A DNA stretch of 27,709 nt from a virus (lineage: Duplodnaviria > Caudoviricetes): IMG/VR virus record IMGVR_UViG_3300011335_000445, positions 1-27,709 of that record; one strand, written 5' to 3'. The position numbers and the translations under genes were made by a program. How positions within the stretch are numbered: position 1 is the stretch's first letter; every line of letters begins with the position of its first letter. Shown here piece by piece: positions 1-9,599 of the stretch. Below the pieces are notes generated by a model. It searched no databases. It was not told the DNA's origin and was given only the letters and a program-made list of their open reading frames with translations.

Positions 1-2
1 TT

Positions 3-3000
3 ATTAATAATAAAAATATTAAAGAACAACTTGGTATAGTCCCAGTATCTAAAACTAAAGATGTTTTAGGAACAAGTTTTCCAAAAGAAATAGATAATGA
101 TAGAATTATCAGATTAAAAAAAGCTATCTCAAGAGTTAATAATAAAAACTTTAATGCTGGTGTTCCAGAAAATTATAGACTTATTAACTATAAAAGAATT
201 GGTCAGTCTGAGAATTATACATGGGGTATAAGAAAAGTAACAGGTGAATTAGATGTTGAAGCTAAACTAGAAAGAGCTAAGAGTAAACTAGGTGATTACA
301 GTGAGGACAGAACTACTATCAGTGATTTAGAAAAAATGATAGAGAATGATGAATACATGTTGCCGGAAGAAGACATTGAGATTGATCAAGAAGAACTTGA
401 CTATGAGAATGAAGCTAGAGAGATACAAAGACAGGATGCAGAAAGAGCTGGCTTAGATTATACTGATGATTACTTAAAAGATGAAGTAGAAAGAACACCT
501 GTAATTCCAGCTATACCAGTTTTATTTAATAAATTAAAAGACAAACTTCAGAGATTATATCCAGCTATTGGACTTAATATATCTGCTGAACCTTTATGGG
601 AAAAAGGAGCTCAGATATTAAACCAACAAGACTATAACAATGAGGTAGCATTCAGAATTAAATCTGTAGACTTACTTACCTCAAGAAAAGCTGATGAAGT
701 ATTTGCAAAAGGTCTTAAAAATAAATGGCCTTTAGATAAAATGCTTACTGAACTTCAGATACCTAAGTTACAAAAGCAACTTATAGATGAAGTATTAAAA
801 GATATGATATACTTTGATAGTATACCTTTTAATGCTCAGATAGCTTATGCTATTGCTTCTACATATAACTATACTGTTGAGATTAATACTGCTAAATCAA
901 AAGTTAATTTACAACAACTACCTTCAGAAACAGATGGTTACAAAATAGGTAATGATGTTTATCAAAGAAGTGTTACACCTGAATTTGAGTATATTCATTA
1001 TAAAAATGGAAACATTATATCTCAAGAAGAATATAATACTAAGGTTTTAGAACAAAATGCTAAATACTACTCTAACCTAACAGTTCCAGGTGGTACTAAC
1101 TACACAGAACAAGAAATAGCAACTCCTGGCATTACTCCTTCTATTAAAGGACATGCTCAGTTTGCTACAGATAAAGGTATAGGATGGTTTAGAAGTGATG
1201 ATGAAATAAAAAAAGATACAGCACAAACTATAACTTCTAGAGAACAATTTAATAATTTACCTAAAACTACTTTTGGTAACACTAATATATATTTTGGGGC
1301 TTTTAATGTAGAAAGAATAGATGGGCAATGGTTTACAGTACCTGAAGATTATAATCCATCATGGACTACAGAAGATGAAATAAGACCAATTTCTGATGAG
1401 GAAGCTTACAAAAGACTTACTGAAGACATAACTGTACTAAAAGATACTTATAAAGGAGCACCTACTAAAACCCGTAGAGTACTAGAAGTACAATCTGATT
1501 TATTTCAGAAAGGTAGAGATAAAGAAGATTTAATTGCTAAACCTACTGTACCTGAATACCAAGAAGATACTGAAAAGGCAAACTTATATGATATTGCAGA
1601 ACGTGAAAATTGGACACAGAAAAAATTTGATGAAGAATATGCTAAGATAGATAAAAAAGTTAAAGATAGTATTACTACTAACCCACAACAAAATCAATTT
1701 CTACAACTTTTAAATAAAGACAACAATTGGGTAACATTCTTTGTTAAATCTATCATACAAGATAGTGCTAAGAAAGGCTATGAAAAAGTATTATTTCCAA
1801 GTGGTGATACAGCTAGTAAAGTTGAAGGACATACTACTTTAGAACAATTTAAGAAAGAAAAAGAAGACAGGATCAATGAACTTGAAAAAGGAATGGATGA
1901 CTACAACTATGAATTATCTCCTAACAATTACTTTGAAGAAAATGGAAAATATTATTGGGAGGATATAGAAGCTAGTCAATTTGGAGAGGAACCAGTCATA
2001 GAAGTAACTAAAGAAATATATGATAAAGGTAAAAAAGGAGAACTTCAAAGAGAAGCTACAAAGAGAGAAATAAACCAACTTAAACAAGAACTTGAAAATA
2101 TTGAAGGCCCACAAGGGTTTGCTGCTTTAAAACCTATCTACAACTTCTATGAAAATGTAATGACTAATGTCCTTAAGAAACAAGGATATGAGCCCAAAGT
2201 AATTACTGATGAGTATGGTAATACTTGGAATGAAGTTACTATAGATCAAACAAGAGATTTACAAAATGTATTGCTTCAAAAAAATGAGGCTGATAGAATT
2301 ATAGGTCAAGCAAACATACAAGCTATGTCTGTGCTTATAGATGCAGTAAATAAAAAAGAAGATACCTTACCACATGAATATGCTCATCACTATATTTCAT
2401 GGTTCAGAGACACCGCACTAGTACAAGAAGCTATTAATAAATGGGGTAGTGAAGAAGCATTAGTTCAATCTATTGGGGAACAAGTTGTTGCTCAAAAAGG
2501 TGAAGCATATAGCTGGTGGAAGAAGTTTACAGATTGGGTTATGAGTATATTTGATAACTTGTCTACTAAAGATAAACAAGAGTTAACTAATATTCTTACT
2601 GATGCTTTTTTACAAGCTGTAGATTTACAAACTGGTAAGGTAGGTATCTCAGCAGAAAGGAGTAGAGAGCTAGCAGCACAAGCTTCTGGTATATTTAACC
2701 AAACTTTAGAAAGTCCATTTGATGAGAGTATTGAAAATATTCCGGTTGAGTTTGATCAAGAAGCTGTTGACAGGGCACTAGATGCAAAGATAGAAGCTCA
2801 AAGACAACTAGATCTACAAGAAGAGGTTGATGAAACTGGACCAACATCATCAGATCCGGCACAAGAAAAAGCTAAAAATATTGCAATTGAGTTTGCTAAA
2901 AAATTAGCTGGAGCTACTGGTATGGATTATAAACTTGTTTCAGAAGCAGAGGCTCAGGCTTTATTGGCTGGAACACCTACACCATATGGTGGACAACCTG

Positions 3001-6000
3001 GATTCTTTCATGCAAACACTATTTACTTAGTTAATGGAAGACTATCTTTAGATACTGTACTACATGAGTTTGCTCATCCAATTGTAAAAGGTATACTAAA
3101 ACAAAACCCTGCTTTATTTAATAAGCTGTATGCTGCACTTGAAGCTACACCAGAGGGACAAGATATTATAGCGCAGATACAAGCAGAGTATCCTAATCTT
3201 GAAAAAGATTCAGATAGATTTAAAGAAGAAGCTCTAGTAACGGCATTAGAATTAAAAGCTGTTAGTAAAGTAAACTCAGAATCACCATTTGGTAAGTTTA
3301 TCAAAAACTTAATGTTTGCTGTTAAAAAAGTTTTAAGAAGCATGTTTACTGGTAAAACAGCAACTACTGTGAACTTAAACAAGCTAAGTGAAAAAACAAC
3401 TTTGAGTGAGATTGCTGATATGTTAGCTAGCCCAGAGTTTATGATTGAAGATTTAGATATCATAGCTTCAGATACTGCAGAGTTTAGAAATGAAATCACA
3501 GATAGAATTGAAGAACTTAAAAATGTACCTAAAGACAAGCTTCAGGAAACTATTGACAGGTTATATGCTGATACACTATTACAGTTAAACACATTAAAAC
3601 AAGCACCTTTCAAAGTAAAAGAAGAGTTGTTAAAAGCAAATGGAACTAAGATCCTTAACTACATAAAAGAAGAGCTTGAAAAATATCAAACTGTTAATGT
3701 AAAACCACAAGATGTAGATCCACAGAATGTTTTAAATGCTATAGCTGATCATGAGTCAGAAATGAGACTTAGATCTCTAGCACTTATCAATTCACTTAAT
3801 GAGTTAAAAGTATTTGCTGATGGTATTGGTACCATCCTTACTGATATACAAAACTCAAAAGATAGAAACACTAATGCTAATATATCTAAAGTAGTTTACT
3901 ACAAAGGCTTCTTAAAGAATCAGTCTAAGTTACTTGCTGACCTTAAGAAAATCCCTGGGTTAGATAGTGATGGTGAGTTTTTCAAAAAACTAAACAACAT
4001 CAATGACAAAATCATTAAAGCTAATGACCAAATTAAAGATATAGAATTTAACTTCATAAGTACTTTCTTTAAAGACCAAACAGATTTAATGGCTGGTGAG
4101 GTTGAAAAAAGCTTTAGAGATAGAGTTACTTTGATAATGAAAGCTGAGGGCATATCAGAAAATGATATTGATAAGTTTGTGGAAAAAGTTATCAATAATC
4201 CTGATGGCAAATCTATGACTGTTAAAGACATAGAGCTTCCATTAAGTTCTAGAAGAGCTAAGTATGTTGTAGATGCAGCAAAAGAATACTTCTTTAAAAG
4301 ACTAGGCAGAGACCAAATTGAAGAGTATTTGAGAGGTGAGAGAGAAGACTTGGGTTATTTTACTGCTTGGATTACACCATATGCAAATATGGATGACCCA
4401 ATTGCTGGTGGATTTGTAACATTCATTAAAGAAAAAATGAATGATGCAATGATGAAGAGTCAGAATGAAGCTAATGATATAACAATAAAGCTACTACCAT
4501 TACTTAATGCTGTTGGTTATAATCCTGCAAAAGTTGATCAACTAGGAGACATGTTAATGTTTACTGATAAAGTTGGTTATACAAACAATGAAGGTGTTTT
4601 TGAAGAAAAAGATGTATTAACTTATATCAATAGATTTAAAAACTACAGAGCTGATAGAGCTAGATTACAGAATAATTTTGACCAAGCTAAGTCTAAAAAA
4701 GATTCTGCAAAAATGAAAGAGGCTTATGAGGCACTAGAGCTTTTTGATGAGAAATACATGCATAGAAAGTTCACTAAAGAATATTATGATATCCAAAAGA
4801 TATGGAAAACAGGTGCTAAAGTAGTTAATCCATTTACTGGAGAAGAAATTAGTGTTGGGCCTGCAGCTGCCTTTGATTCTTTTTTAGAAAGACAAGCTGG
4901 TCTTGATAAGATAAACACTCTTAAAAATGTACATTTCTTAGAGCTAGAAGATTTATATGAACTTGGAGACTCAGAACAACAAGCTAAGCTAGAATACAAT
5001 AGACTCTTTGATATATATGGTTTAGATGGAAAACCTAAACAAGGTGAAGAACTTGAGAGAGTTTTATTAAGAAAAAAACAAAGAGAGCTTAGCAGAAACA
5101 TGTATGATTATCCTGTAGATCTTGATAGGATACAAAAAGACTTAGACAACTTTGACCAAAAGTTAAGAATAACTAGAAATCTTGATCCAGAAGCTGCACC
5201 TGCAGAAGGTGAGACAATGAATCAGTATCAAAAAGAGATGGACAGATTCTTTAGAAAAAATCTTAAGACTGCTTATAACTCTAATTACTATAAGTCAAGG
5301 CAACAAATCTTTGAAGACATCAGAAAAATTACTGAAAAAGCTGGAGTAAAATCTAAAGTAGCTTTGGAGCTTTCTGAGTTATACAAAGAGAGATACAGAC
5401 TTGCTAATTCAACTTCTGATGCTAATGGACAACCAAATGGACTCAATTTTACACCAGAGCAGATTGATTTACTTAGAGATATTGAGAACAAAATACTTGA
5501 TCTAGAGAATAGCTTTGATAAAAAGACAGGTTTAACAAAAGAAGAAAAAGCTAGACTTAACAGTTATATTGTAAAAGCTGCTAAAAATATTCCTTTAACT
5601 CCTGAAGAAAAAACTGATTACTTTGATTTATATAAAGTAAAAAATGAAATGGGATTAACTCCATTAGAATTACAAGCTCTTAAGAGTAAATTTAAAGAGC
5701 TATCAGAAATAAGTGTTAAAGAACCTACAGATTATTATTTAGAAGCATTTAACTATGCTATAAGAAACACAGGGCTTCCTGAGATAACTATAGAGAATGC
5801 AGATACTTGGATAAACTCAGATCATTTAACTCAAGCCTTAGCAAGTAGTAAAGAGTTTGCACAATGGTTTACAAGAAATCATTATGAAAAACAAAGCTGG
5901 GAACCAACTAAAGGTAACTATGTTAAGAATCTTAGACTAAATGTATGGACTATAACTAAACCATCTAATGATGATGCTTATCAGACAACTACTCTTATTG

Positions 6001-8339
6001 ATCCTGTAACTAAAGAACCTATTATAAAACAAGGTGTTCCTGCAGATAAATATAGTAGAAGTGTTATTAAAAATGACTTCTTAACTGTACCAAGAGGTGC
6101 TAACTGGGAAAATTACATTGGTACTTTTATAGATAATAAAGGTAATTACTTACCTAGAGATTATAAACCAGGTGATAGAAACTCTGCTTATGACAATACT
6201 TACATTAATGAAAAGTATGTTGAAATGGAAAAAGCAAACTCCGCAGAGTTTAAGTTACTTAAAACTATCTCTGAAGAGTTTGTTAAATTACAGAATGGTA
6301 AGCCTATTGCTAGCAGATTGTATTTAGATTCTCCAAGATTTAGAAGAAGAAGTAATTTGGAATATGTAATGTCTGGAGAAAGTAAAGATAACTTCCTTAG
6401 TAAAATTGGTAGCTTTAAAGATATATGGAATACATGGTTTGGTAAGGCTCCGGATGATGTTGACTATGGCTTTAATTTTGATGCAGGTCAGATTTTAGTT
6501 ACTACAGATCTTGAAGGAAGTCCTGTAAGTAAAATACCAGTTAGAGGTACATATAACTTAGATGCTAATTTAGTTTCTAAAGATGTATTAAGAAACATGT
6601 ATGAATATTTGTTATCACTTAATGAGCAACAAGTAAAATTAGAAGCTGAACCAGTAGCAGATGCTCTATTAAGTGTTTTAGCTAATAATCCAAATAAAAA
6701 CATGGAGACAATAGATAAAAATGAGTTTAAGCTTACTGGAAAGAAAAAATATATTAAAGGTGATACAAACAATAGAGAAGAAGCTCTGAAGTATTTAGTG
6801 GATAAAGTTTTTTATGGTAAAAGCAATAGTAGTTTTGAGACTAATAATCCAGGTACTACAAAGCTTATACAAGGAATGTTTAAAAAATCTGCTAGAGCCT
6901 TTATGGCATTTGACCCTCAATCAGCTATTAAAAATAGATGGGGTATGTTATATCAAAATGCAGTGTTTGCAGCAGGAGGCCGGTATGTTACACCAACATC
7001 ATTGGCAAAAGGAAAATTAAAAGCTAAAGAAACTGCAATGTATTGGGTGTTTAAAGACATCTATGAAAGAGGTATGAAAACTCAAGATGTTCAGTTGATA
7101 GAAAGATTTGACCCAGCCTTAAGAACAGAACAAGAATTTGGAAGATCATCATCAAGATCAATAGCAAAAGATCTTAGTGATATGACATATGCATATGACT
7201 TTAGAAAAACTGCTGAGCTTGAAGCTACTATGGAGTTATTTTGGGGTATTATGTATAATAAATATGTTGATCAAGTACAACCTGATGGATCTAAAGTACC
7301 TATAACATATGCGGATGCTTGGACAACAGATGATCAAGGCAAATTAACATTAAAAGAAGGTATTGACCCTAACTATGATTTTAATGATGTAACACATATT
7401 TTCACTGCTGGAGAAACCTTAGCTAGTATAGCACAGAAATATGGTATATCTGAAGAAGCTCTTAAAGGTAGAACAGGAATTGAATCTAACTCAGAATTAA
7501 AACCTGGAATGGAGATTCAAGTTGGGAATGCATCTGAATTTAAAAGAATGAAGTTTCTTACTCAAGGTGTTGGTAAAAAAGTAACGGGATCAATGGATAA
7601 ATTTGATACTCCACAAGCTGAAAAAATGCTAGTCTATAGAGCCTTTACTTTCTTTAAAAGATTTGGTACAGGGATGTTCCTTGAGAAATATCAATTTGAT
7701 ACTACTAAAGGTAATAGAGGTGGTTATGTTTATAACTGGGATACAATGACATTGGAAAAAGGAGTTCATATTACAGTTCTTCAAAATACAATAAAGTTGT
7801 TGAGATCACTTGGTAAAGACTGGCCTCTTATGACCAAACAAGAAAAAGCAGCTATGAAGAAACTTTTAGCAGAGGGTCTTTTATTATTTATACTTGGAAT
7901 GCTTTTAGGTTCATGGATGTTTGATTATGATCCAGAAGAAGAAAAAAGATTTGATAACATTAAACAAAGAAATAAAACTTGGGGTGGCTACTTTGGTAAT
8001 CACTTATTATATCTTTTAATGTCAACAAAATCTGAAAATGAGGCTTTTGTACCTTTCCTTGGATTTGGAGATATTGTAAATTACTTTAATACAACTACTA
8101 TAGCTTCAGCAAACACCATTGATTTATATATAAAAATAATGTGGGATCTTTACTATATGGCAACAGGTAACAAAGATGCTCTAATTGGTGGTAATCAAGA
8201 TATAGGACCATACAAATGGCAAGAAGTTGGTGACTACAAATTATGGAATCACATAGGAAGTATGTATGGTGTTAAAGGTAAAAATTATGATGCATTGTGG
8301 GCAATCAAGAAATTTGAAACCTATGAACGTAATAATTAA
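3..8339 (+). CDS. Giant putative virion/ejection (polyvalent-type) protein, 5'-truncated, at least 2,778 aa; two HExxH zincin-like domains, LysM domain, C-terminal hydrophobic helix
   Basis: The frame of the 336 ATG is open back to base 3 (ATT AAT AAT AAA...), so the true start probably lies upstream of the window. HEYAH at 2373-2387, HEFAH at 3063-3077, LysM-like HIFTAGETLASIAQKYGISEEAL...LKPGMEIQV at ~7392-7524, hydrophobic LLAEGLLLFILGMLLGSWMF at ~7863-7922. The virion role is inferred from size and context. Confidence 0.75.
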   Translation: MNNKNIKEQLGIVPVSKTKDVLGTSFPKEIDNDRIIRLKKAISRVNNKNFNAGVPENYRLINYKRIGQSENYTWGIRKVTGELDVEAKLERAKSKLGDYSEDRTTISDLEKMIENDEYMLPEEDIEIDQEELDYENEAREIQRQDAERAGLDYTDDYLKDEVERTPVIPAIPVLFNKLKDKLQRLYPAIGLNISAEPLWEKGAQILNQQDYNNEVAFRIKSVDLLTSRKADEVFAKGLKNKWPLDKMLTELQIPKLQKQLIDEVLKDMIYFDSIPFNAQIAYAIASTYNYTVEINTAKSKVNLQQLPSETDGYKIGNDVYQRSVTPEFEYIHYKNGNIISQEEYNTKVLEQNAKYYSNLTVPGGTNYTEQEIATPGITPSIKGHAQFATDKGIGWFRSDDEIKKDTAQTITSREQFNNLPKTTFGNTNIYFGAFNVERIDGQWFTVPEDYNPSWTTEDEIRPISDEEAYKRLTEDITVLKDTYKGAPTKTRRVLEVQSDLFQKGRDKEDLIAKPTVPEYQEDTEKANLYDIAERENWTQKKFDEEYAKIDKKVKDSITTNPQQNQFLQLLNKDNNWVTFFVKSIIQDSAKKGYEKVLFPSGDTASKVEGHTTLEQFKKEKEDRINELEKGMDDYNYELSPNNYFEENGKYYWEDIEASQFGEEPVIEVTKEIYDKGKKGELQREATKREINQLKQELENIEGPQGFAALKPIYNFYENVMTNVLKKQGYEPKVITDEYGNTWNEVTIDQTRDLQNVLLQKNEADRIIGQANIQAMSVLIDAVNKKEDTLPHEYAHHYISWFRDTALVQEAINKWGSEEALVQSIGEQVVAQKGEAYSWWKKFTDWVMSIFDNLSTKDKQELTNILTDAFLQAVDLQTGKVGISAERSRELAAQASGIFNQTLESPFDESIENIPVEFDQEAVDRALDAKIEAQRQLDLQEEVDETGPTSSDPAQEKAKNIAIEFAKKLAGATGMDYKLVSEAEAQALLAGTPTPYGGQPGFFHANTIYLVNGRLSLDTVLHEFAHPIVKGILKQNPALFNKLYAALEATPEGQDIIAQIQAEYPNLEKDSDRFKEEALVTALELKAVSKVNSESPFGKFIKNLMFAVKKVLRSMFTGKTATTVNLNKLSEKTTLSEIADMLASPEFMIEDLDIIASDTAEFRNEITDRIEELKNVPKDKLQETIDRLYADTLLQLNTLKQAPFKVKEELLKANGTKILNYIKEELEKYQTVNVKPQDVDPQNVLNAIADHESEMRLRSLALINSLNELKVFADGIGTILTDIQNSKDRNTNANISKVVYYKGFLKNQSKLLADLKKIPGLDSDGEFFKKLNNINDKIIKANDQIKDIEFNFISTFFKDQTDLMAGEVEKSFRDRVTLIMKAEGISENDIDKFVEKVINNPDGKSMTVKDIELPLSSRRAKYVVDAAKEYFFKRLGRDQIEEYLRGEREDLGYFTAWITPYANMDDPIAGGFVTFIKEKMNDAMMKSQNEANDITIKLLPLLNAVGYNPAKVDQLGDMLMFTDKVGYTNNEGVFEEKDVLTYINRFKNYRADRARLQNNFDQAKSKKDSAKMKEAYEALELFDEKYMHRKFTKEYYDIQKIWKTGAKVVNPFTGEEISVGPAAAFDSFLERQAGLDKINTLKNVHFLELEDLYELGDSEQQAKLEYNRLFDIYGLDGKPKQGEELERVLLRKKQRELSRNMYDYPVDLDRIQKDLDNFDQKLRITRNLDPEAAPAEGETMNQYQKEMDRFFRKNLKTAYNSNYYKSRQQIFEDIRKITEKAGVKSKVALELSELYKERYRLANSTSDANGQPNGLNFTPEQIDLLRDIENKILDLENSFDKKTGLTKEEKARLNSYIVKAAKNIPLTPEEKTDYFDLYKVKNEMGLTPLELQALKSKFKELSEISVKEPTDYYLEAFNYAIRNTGLPEITIENADTWINSDHLTQALASSKEFAQWFTRNHYEKQSWEPTKGNYVKNLRLNVWTITKPSNDDAYQTTTLIDPVTKEPIIKQGVPADKYSRSVIKNDFLTVPRGANWENYIGTFIDNKGNYLPRDYKPGDRNSAYDNTYINEKYVEMEKANSAEFKLLKTISEEFVKLQNGKPIASRLYLDSPRFRRRSNLEYVMSGESKDNFLSKIGSFKDIWNTWFGKAPDDVDYGFNFDAGQILVTTDLEGSPVSKIPVRGTYNLDANLVSKDVLRNMYEYLLSLNEQQVKLEAEPVADALLSVLANNPNKNMETIDKNEFKLTGKKKYIKGDTNNREEALKYLVDKVFYGKSNSSFETNNPGTTKLIQGMFKKSARAFMAFDPQSAIKNRWGMLYQNAVFAAGGRYVTPTSLAKGKLKAKETAMYWVFKDIYERGMKTQDVQLIERFDPALRTEQEFGRSSSRSIAKDLSDMTYAYDFRKTAELEATMELFWGIMYNKYVDQVQPDGSKVPITYADAWTTDDQGKLTLKEGIDPNYDFNDVTHIFTAGETLASIAQKYGISEEALKGRTGIESNSELKPGMEIQVGNASEFKRMKFLTQGVGKKVTGSMDKFDTPQAEKMLVYRAFTFFKRFGTGMFLEKYQFDTTKGNRGGYVYNWDTMTLEKGVHITVLQNTIKLLRSLGKDWPLMTKQEKAAMKKLLAEGLLLFILGMLLGSWMFDYDPEEEKRFDNIKQRNKTWGGYFGNHLLYLLMSTKSENEAFVPFLGFGDIVNYFNTTTIASANTIDLYIKIMWDLYYMATGNKDALIGGNQDIGPYKWQEVGDYKLWNHIGSMYGVKGKNYDALWAIKKFETYERNN

Positions 8340-8352
8340 GAGGGTTTAGGGT

Positions 8353-8385
8353 AAAAAAAAGGGGAAGACCATTACAGTCCTCCCC
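8353..8385 (-). terminator. Intrinsic terminator ending the minus-strand block
   Basis: Minus strand GGGGAGGAC-TGTAATG-GTCTTCCCC followed by T8, located at the convergence point with the giant gene. Confidence 0.85.
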
Positions 8386-8716
8386 ATTCTAGTTCTACTA
8401 ATTGCCAAAACAAACTCATAGTTTCAGCTTCTACAGCTTCTTTTGGCCAATTGTCAATGTTATCTCCAAAGTGACTGGTATCAAATCCAAACACCCACCA
8501 ATCTTTTGGTGCATTTAGATCATCTCCAGGTCTAGCATAAGTAAGTCCACCATGTACTATAGGGGGAAATTCTACATTATCACATTCTGAATAATCTACA
8601 CCATGTAAACAATGAGAAGGAGGAATAGCTACATAACCATTTCCCCAACCTCTCTTTATTATTTGTACCTCAAATGAACTTTTCCAATGTTGATTTTTAA
8701 TTATATACCATTTCAA
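8372..8716 (-). CDS. Conserved phage hypothetical protein (GWGNGYV...VHGGLTY...WVFGFDTSH family)
   Basis: 114-aa ORF with a motif pattern typical of a widespread phage hypothetical family; start overlaps the upstream gene's stop (ATGA). Confidence 0.75.
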   Translation of the reverse strand: MKWYIIKNQHWKSSFEVQIIKRGWGNGYVAIPPSHCLHGVDYSECDNVEFPPIVHGGLTYARPGDDLNAPKDWWVFGFDTSHFGDNIDNWPKEAVEAETMSLFWQLVELEWGGL

Positions 8717-8967
8717 AACTCACCTCCTTCTTTATCAAAAAATTCTACTACTTCACACTTATTCTGGAAAGCAGTTACTATAAACTTATTCTCTTCATAA
8801 TCATATCTAACTACTGAAAGTGTATTCAGAGCATCTTGTAGAGAACATAGCTTGCATACAATGCACTTACCCTGATTATCTTTAATCTGGTACTTTCTAT
8901 TGTTATCTTTATACTTTTCTAGTGGTTTGTCTATACCACATTTAAAACATTTAAGAGTGGAACTCAT
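8713..8967 (-). CDS. Small Zn-finger-like protein (CxxC...CxxCxxC), 84 aa
   Basis: Start re-assigned to MSSTLKCFKCG at 8967, because the longer track N-terminus overlaps the unlisted ORF at 8951-9130. Confidence 0.65.
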   Translation of the reverse strand: MSSTLKCFKCGIDKPLEKYKDNNRKYQIKDNQGKCIVCKLCSLQDALNTLSVVRYDYEENKFIVTAFQNKCEVVEFFDKEGGEF

Positions 8968-9130
8968 CTTCACAACAATCACATTCCTCTGACTCCTCAG
9001 GGCCATACTCATTGTCATACCAATCTTTGGCTTCTTTTTTTGTGGGCACATCTAAGTCTCCACTGTTCATAGATTCAGCTCCTGCTAAGTAAGCTTCAAT
9101 CATCTTTTTTCTAAATGTTACTGGGTGCAT
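8951..9130 (-). CDS. Small acidic hypothetical protein, 59 aa (not in ORF track)
   Basis: Manual translation MHPVTFRKKMIEAYLAGAESMNSGDLDVPTKKEAKDWYDNEYGPEESEECDCCEDEFHS*; short overlaps with both neighbours fill the gap. Confidence 0.65.
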   Translation of the reverse strand: MHPVTFRKKMIEAYLAGAESMNSGDLDVPTKKEAKDWYDNEYGPEESEECDCCEDEFHS

Positions 9131-9518
9131 CTTTTTTAAGTTTAAAGAACTGTTCTAAATTTGGTGCAAAGTAATTTTCTCCTTTAAGTATCTTACCATC
9201 ATGTCTAATGATAGGCTTACCATCTGCATTAAGTTTACTCATGTTACTTGCTTGTATTTCATTAAATACATCTTCTATGATATGTTGCATACCATGCTTA
9301 AGAATAGTACCACATAGAATATACAACTGGTCTCCAAGAGCATCAGCTATTTCTACAAGATCTTTTTCATAACAAGCTTCTAAGTACTCATCATTCTCTT
9401 CTTTCATAAGACTATGTCTTAGATTATAATCTGCATTAGATATTAATGATGGCCATTGACCATTTGCTTGACCAAATGCTGTGTGGAATTCTTCCACTGC
9501 TTTTAATTGTTTTTCCAT
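9111..9518 (-). CDS. MazG-like / all-alpha NTP pyrophosphatase (DR2231-like, possible dUTPase)
   Basis: EENDEYLEA, EIADALGDQLYI, EIQASNMSKL and DGKILKG motifs. Confidence 0.85.
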   Translation of the reverse strand: MEKQLKAVEEFHTAFGQANGQWPSLISNADYNLRHSLMKEENDEYLEACYEKDLVEIADALGDQLYILCGTILKHGMQHIIEDVFNEIQASNMSKLNADGKPIIRHDGKILKGENYFAPNLEQFFKLKKDAPSNI

Positions 9519-9522
9519 ATTG

Positions 9523-9530
9523 CAAATTTA
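9523..9530 (-). promoter_or_regulatory. Bacteroidota-type -7 promoter box (TAAATTTG), possibly giving a leaderless transcript
   Basis: Minus strand TAAATTTG-CAAT-ATG, directly after a terminator and directly before the NTP-PPase start. Confidence 0.5.
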
Positions 9531-9563
9531 AAAAAAAAGAGGACACATTTCTGCATCCTCTTT
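9530..9563 (-). terminator. Intrinsic terminator
   Basis: Minus strand GAGGATGCA-GAAA-TGTGTCCTC followed by T9. Confidence 0.8.
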
Positions 9564-9599
9564 CCTGATTGTTTATTAACCTGTCTAGAAAACAGGGTC

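Noticed and set aside
1914-7020. Minus-strand and alternate-frame ORFs inside the giant gene (1914, 3074, 3920, 4784, 5288, 6488, 6814)
   Set aside because: Mostly S/L/F-rich antisense shadows, plus one short alternate-frame ORF, within a strongly biased coding frame; no motifs
3-8339. Giant protein as a virion RNA polymerase
   Set aside because: No convincing DxDxD-type catalytic loop (e.g. DFDID/DFDGD) seen in the visible portion
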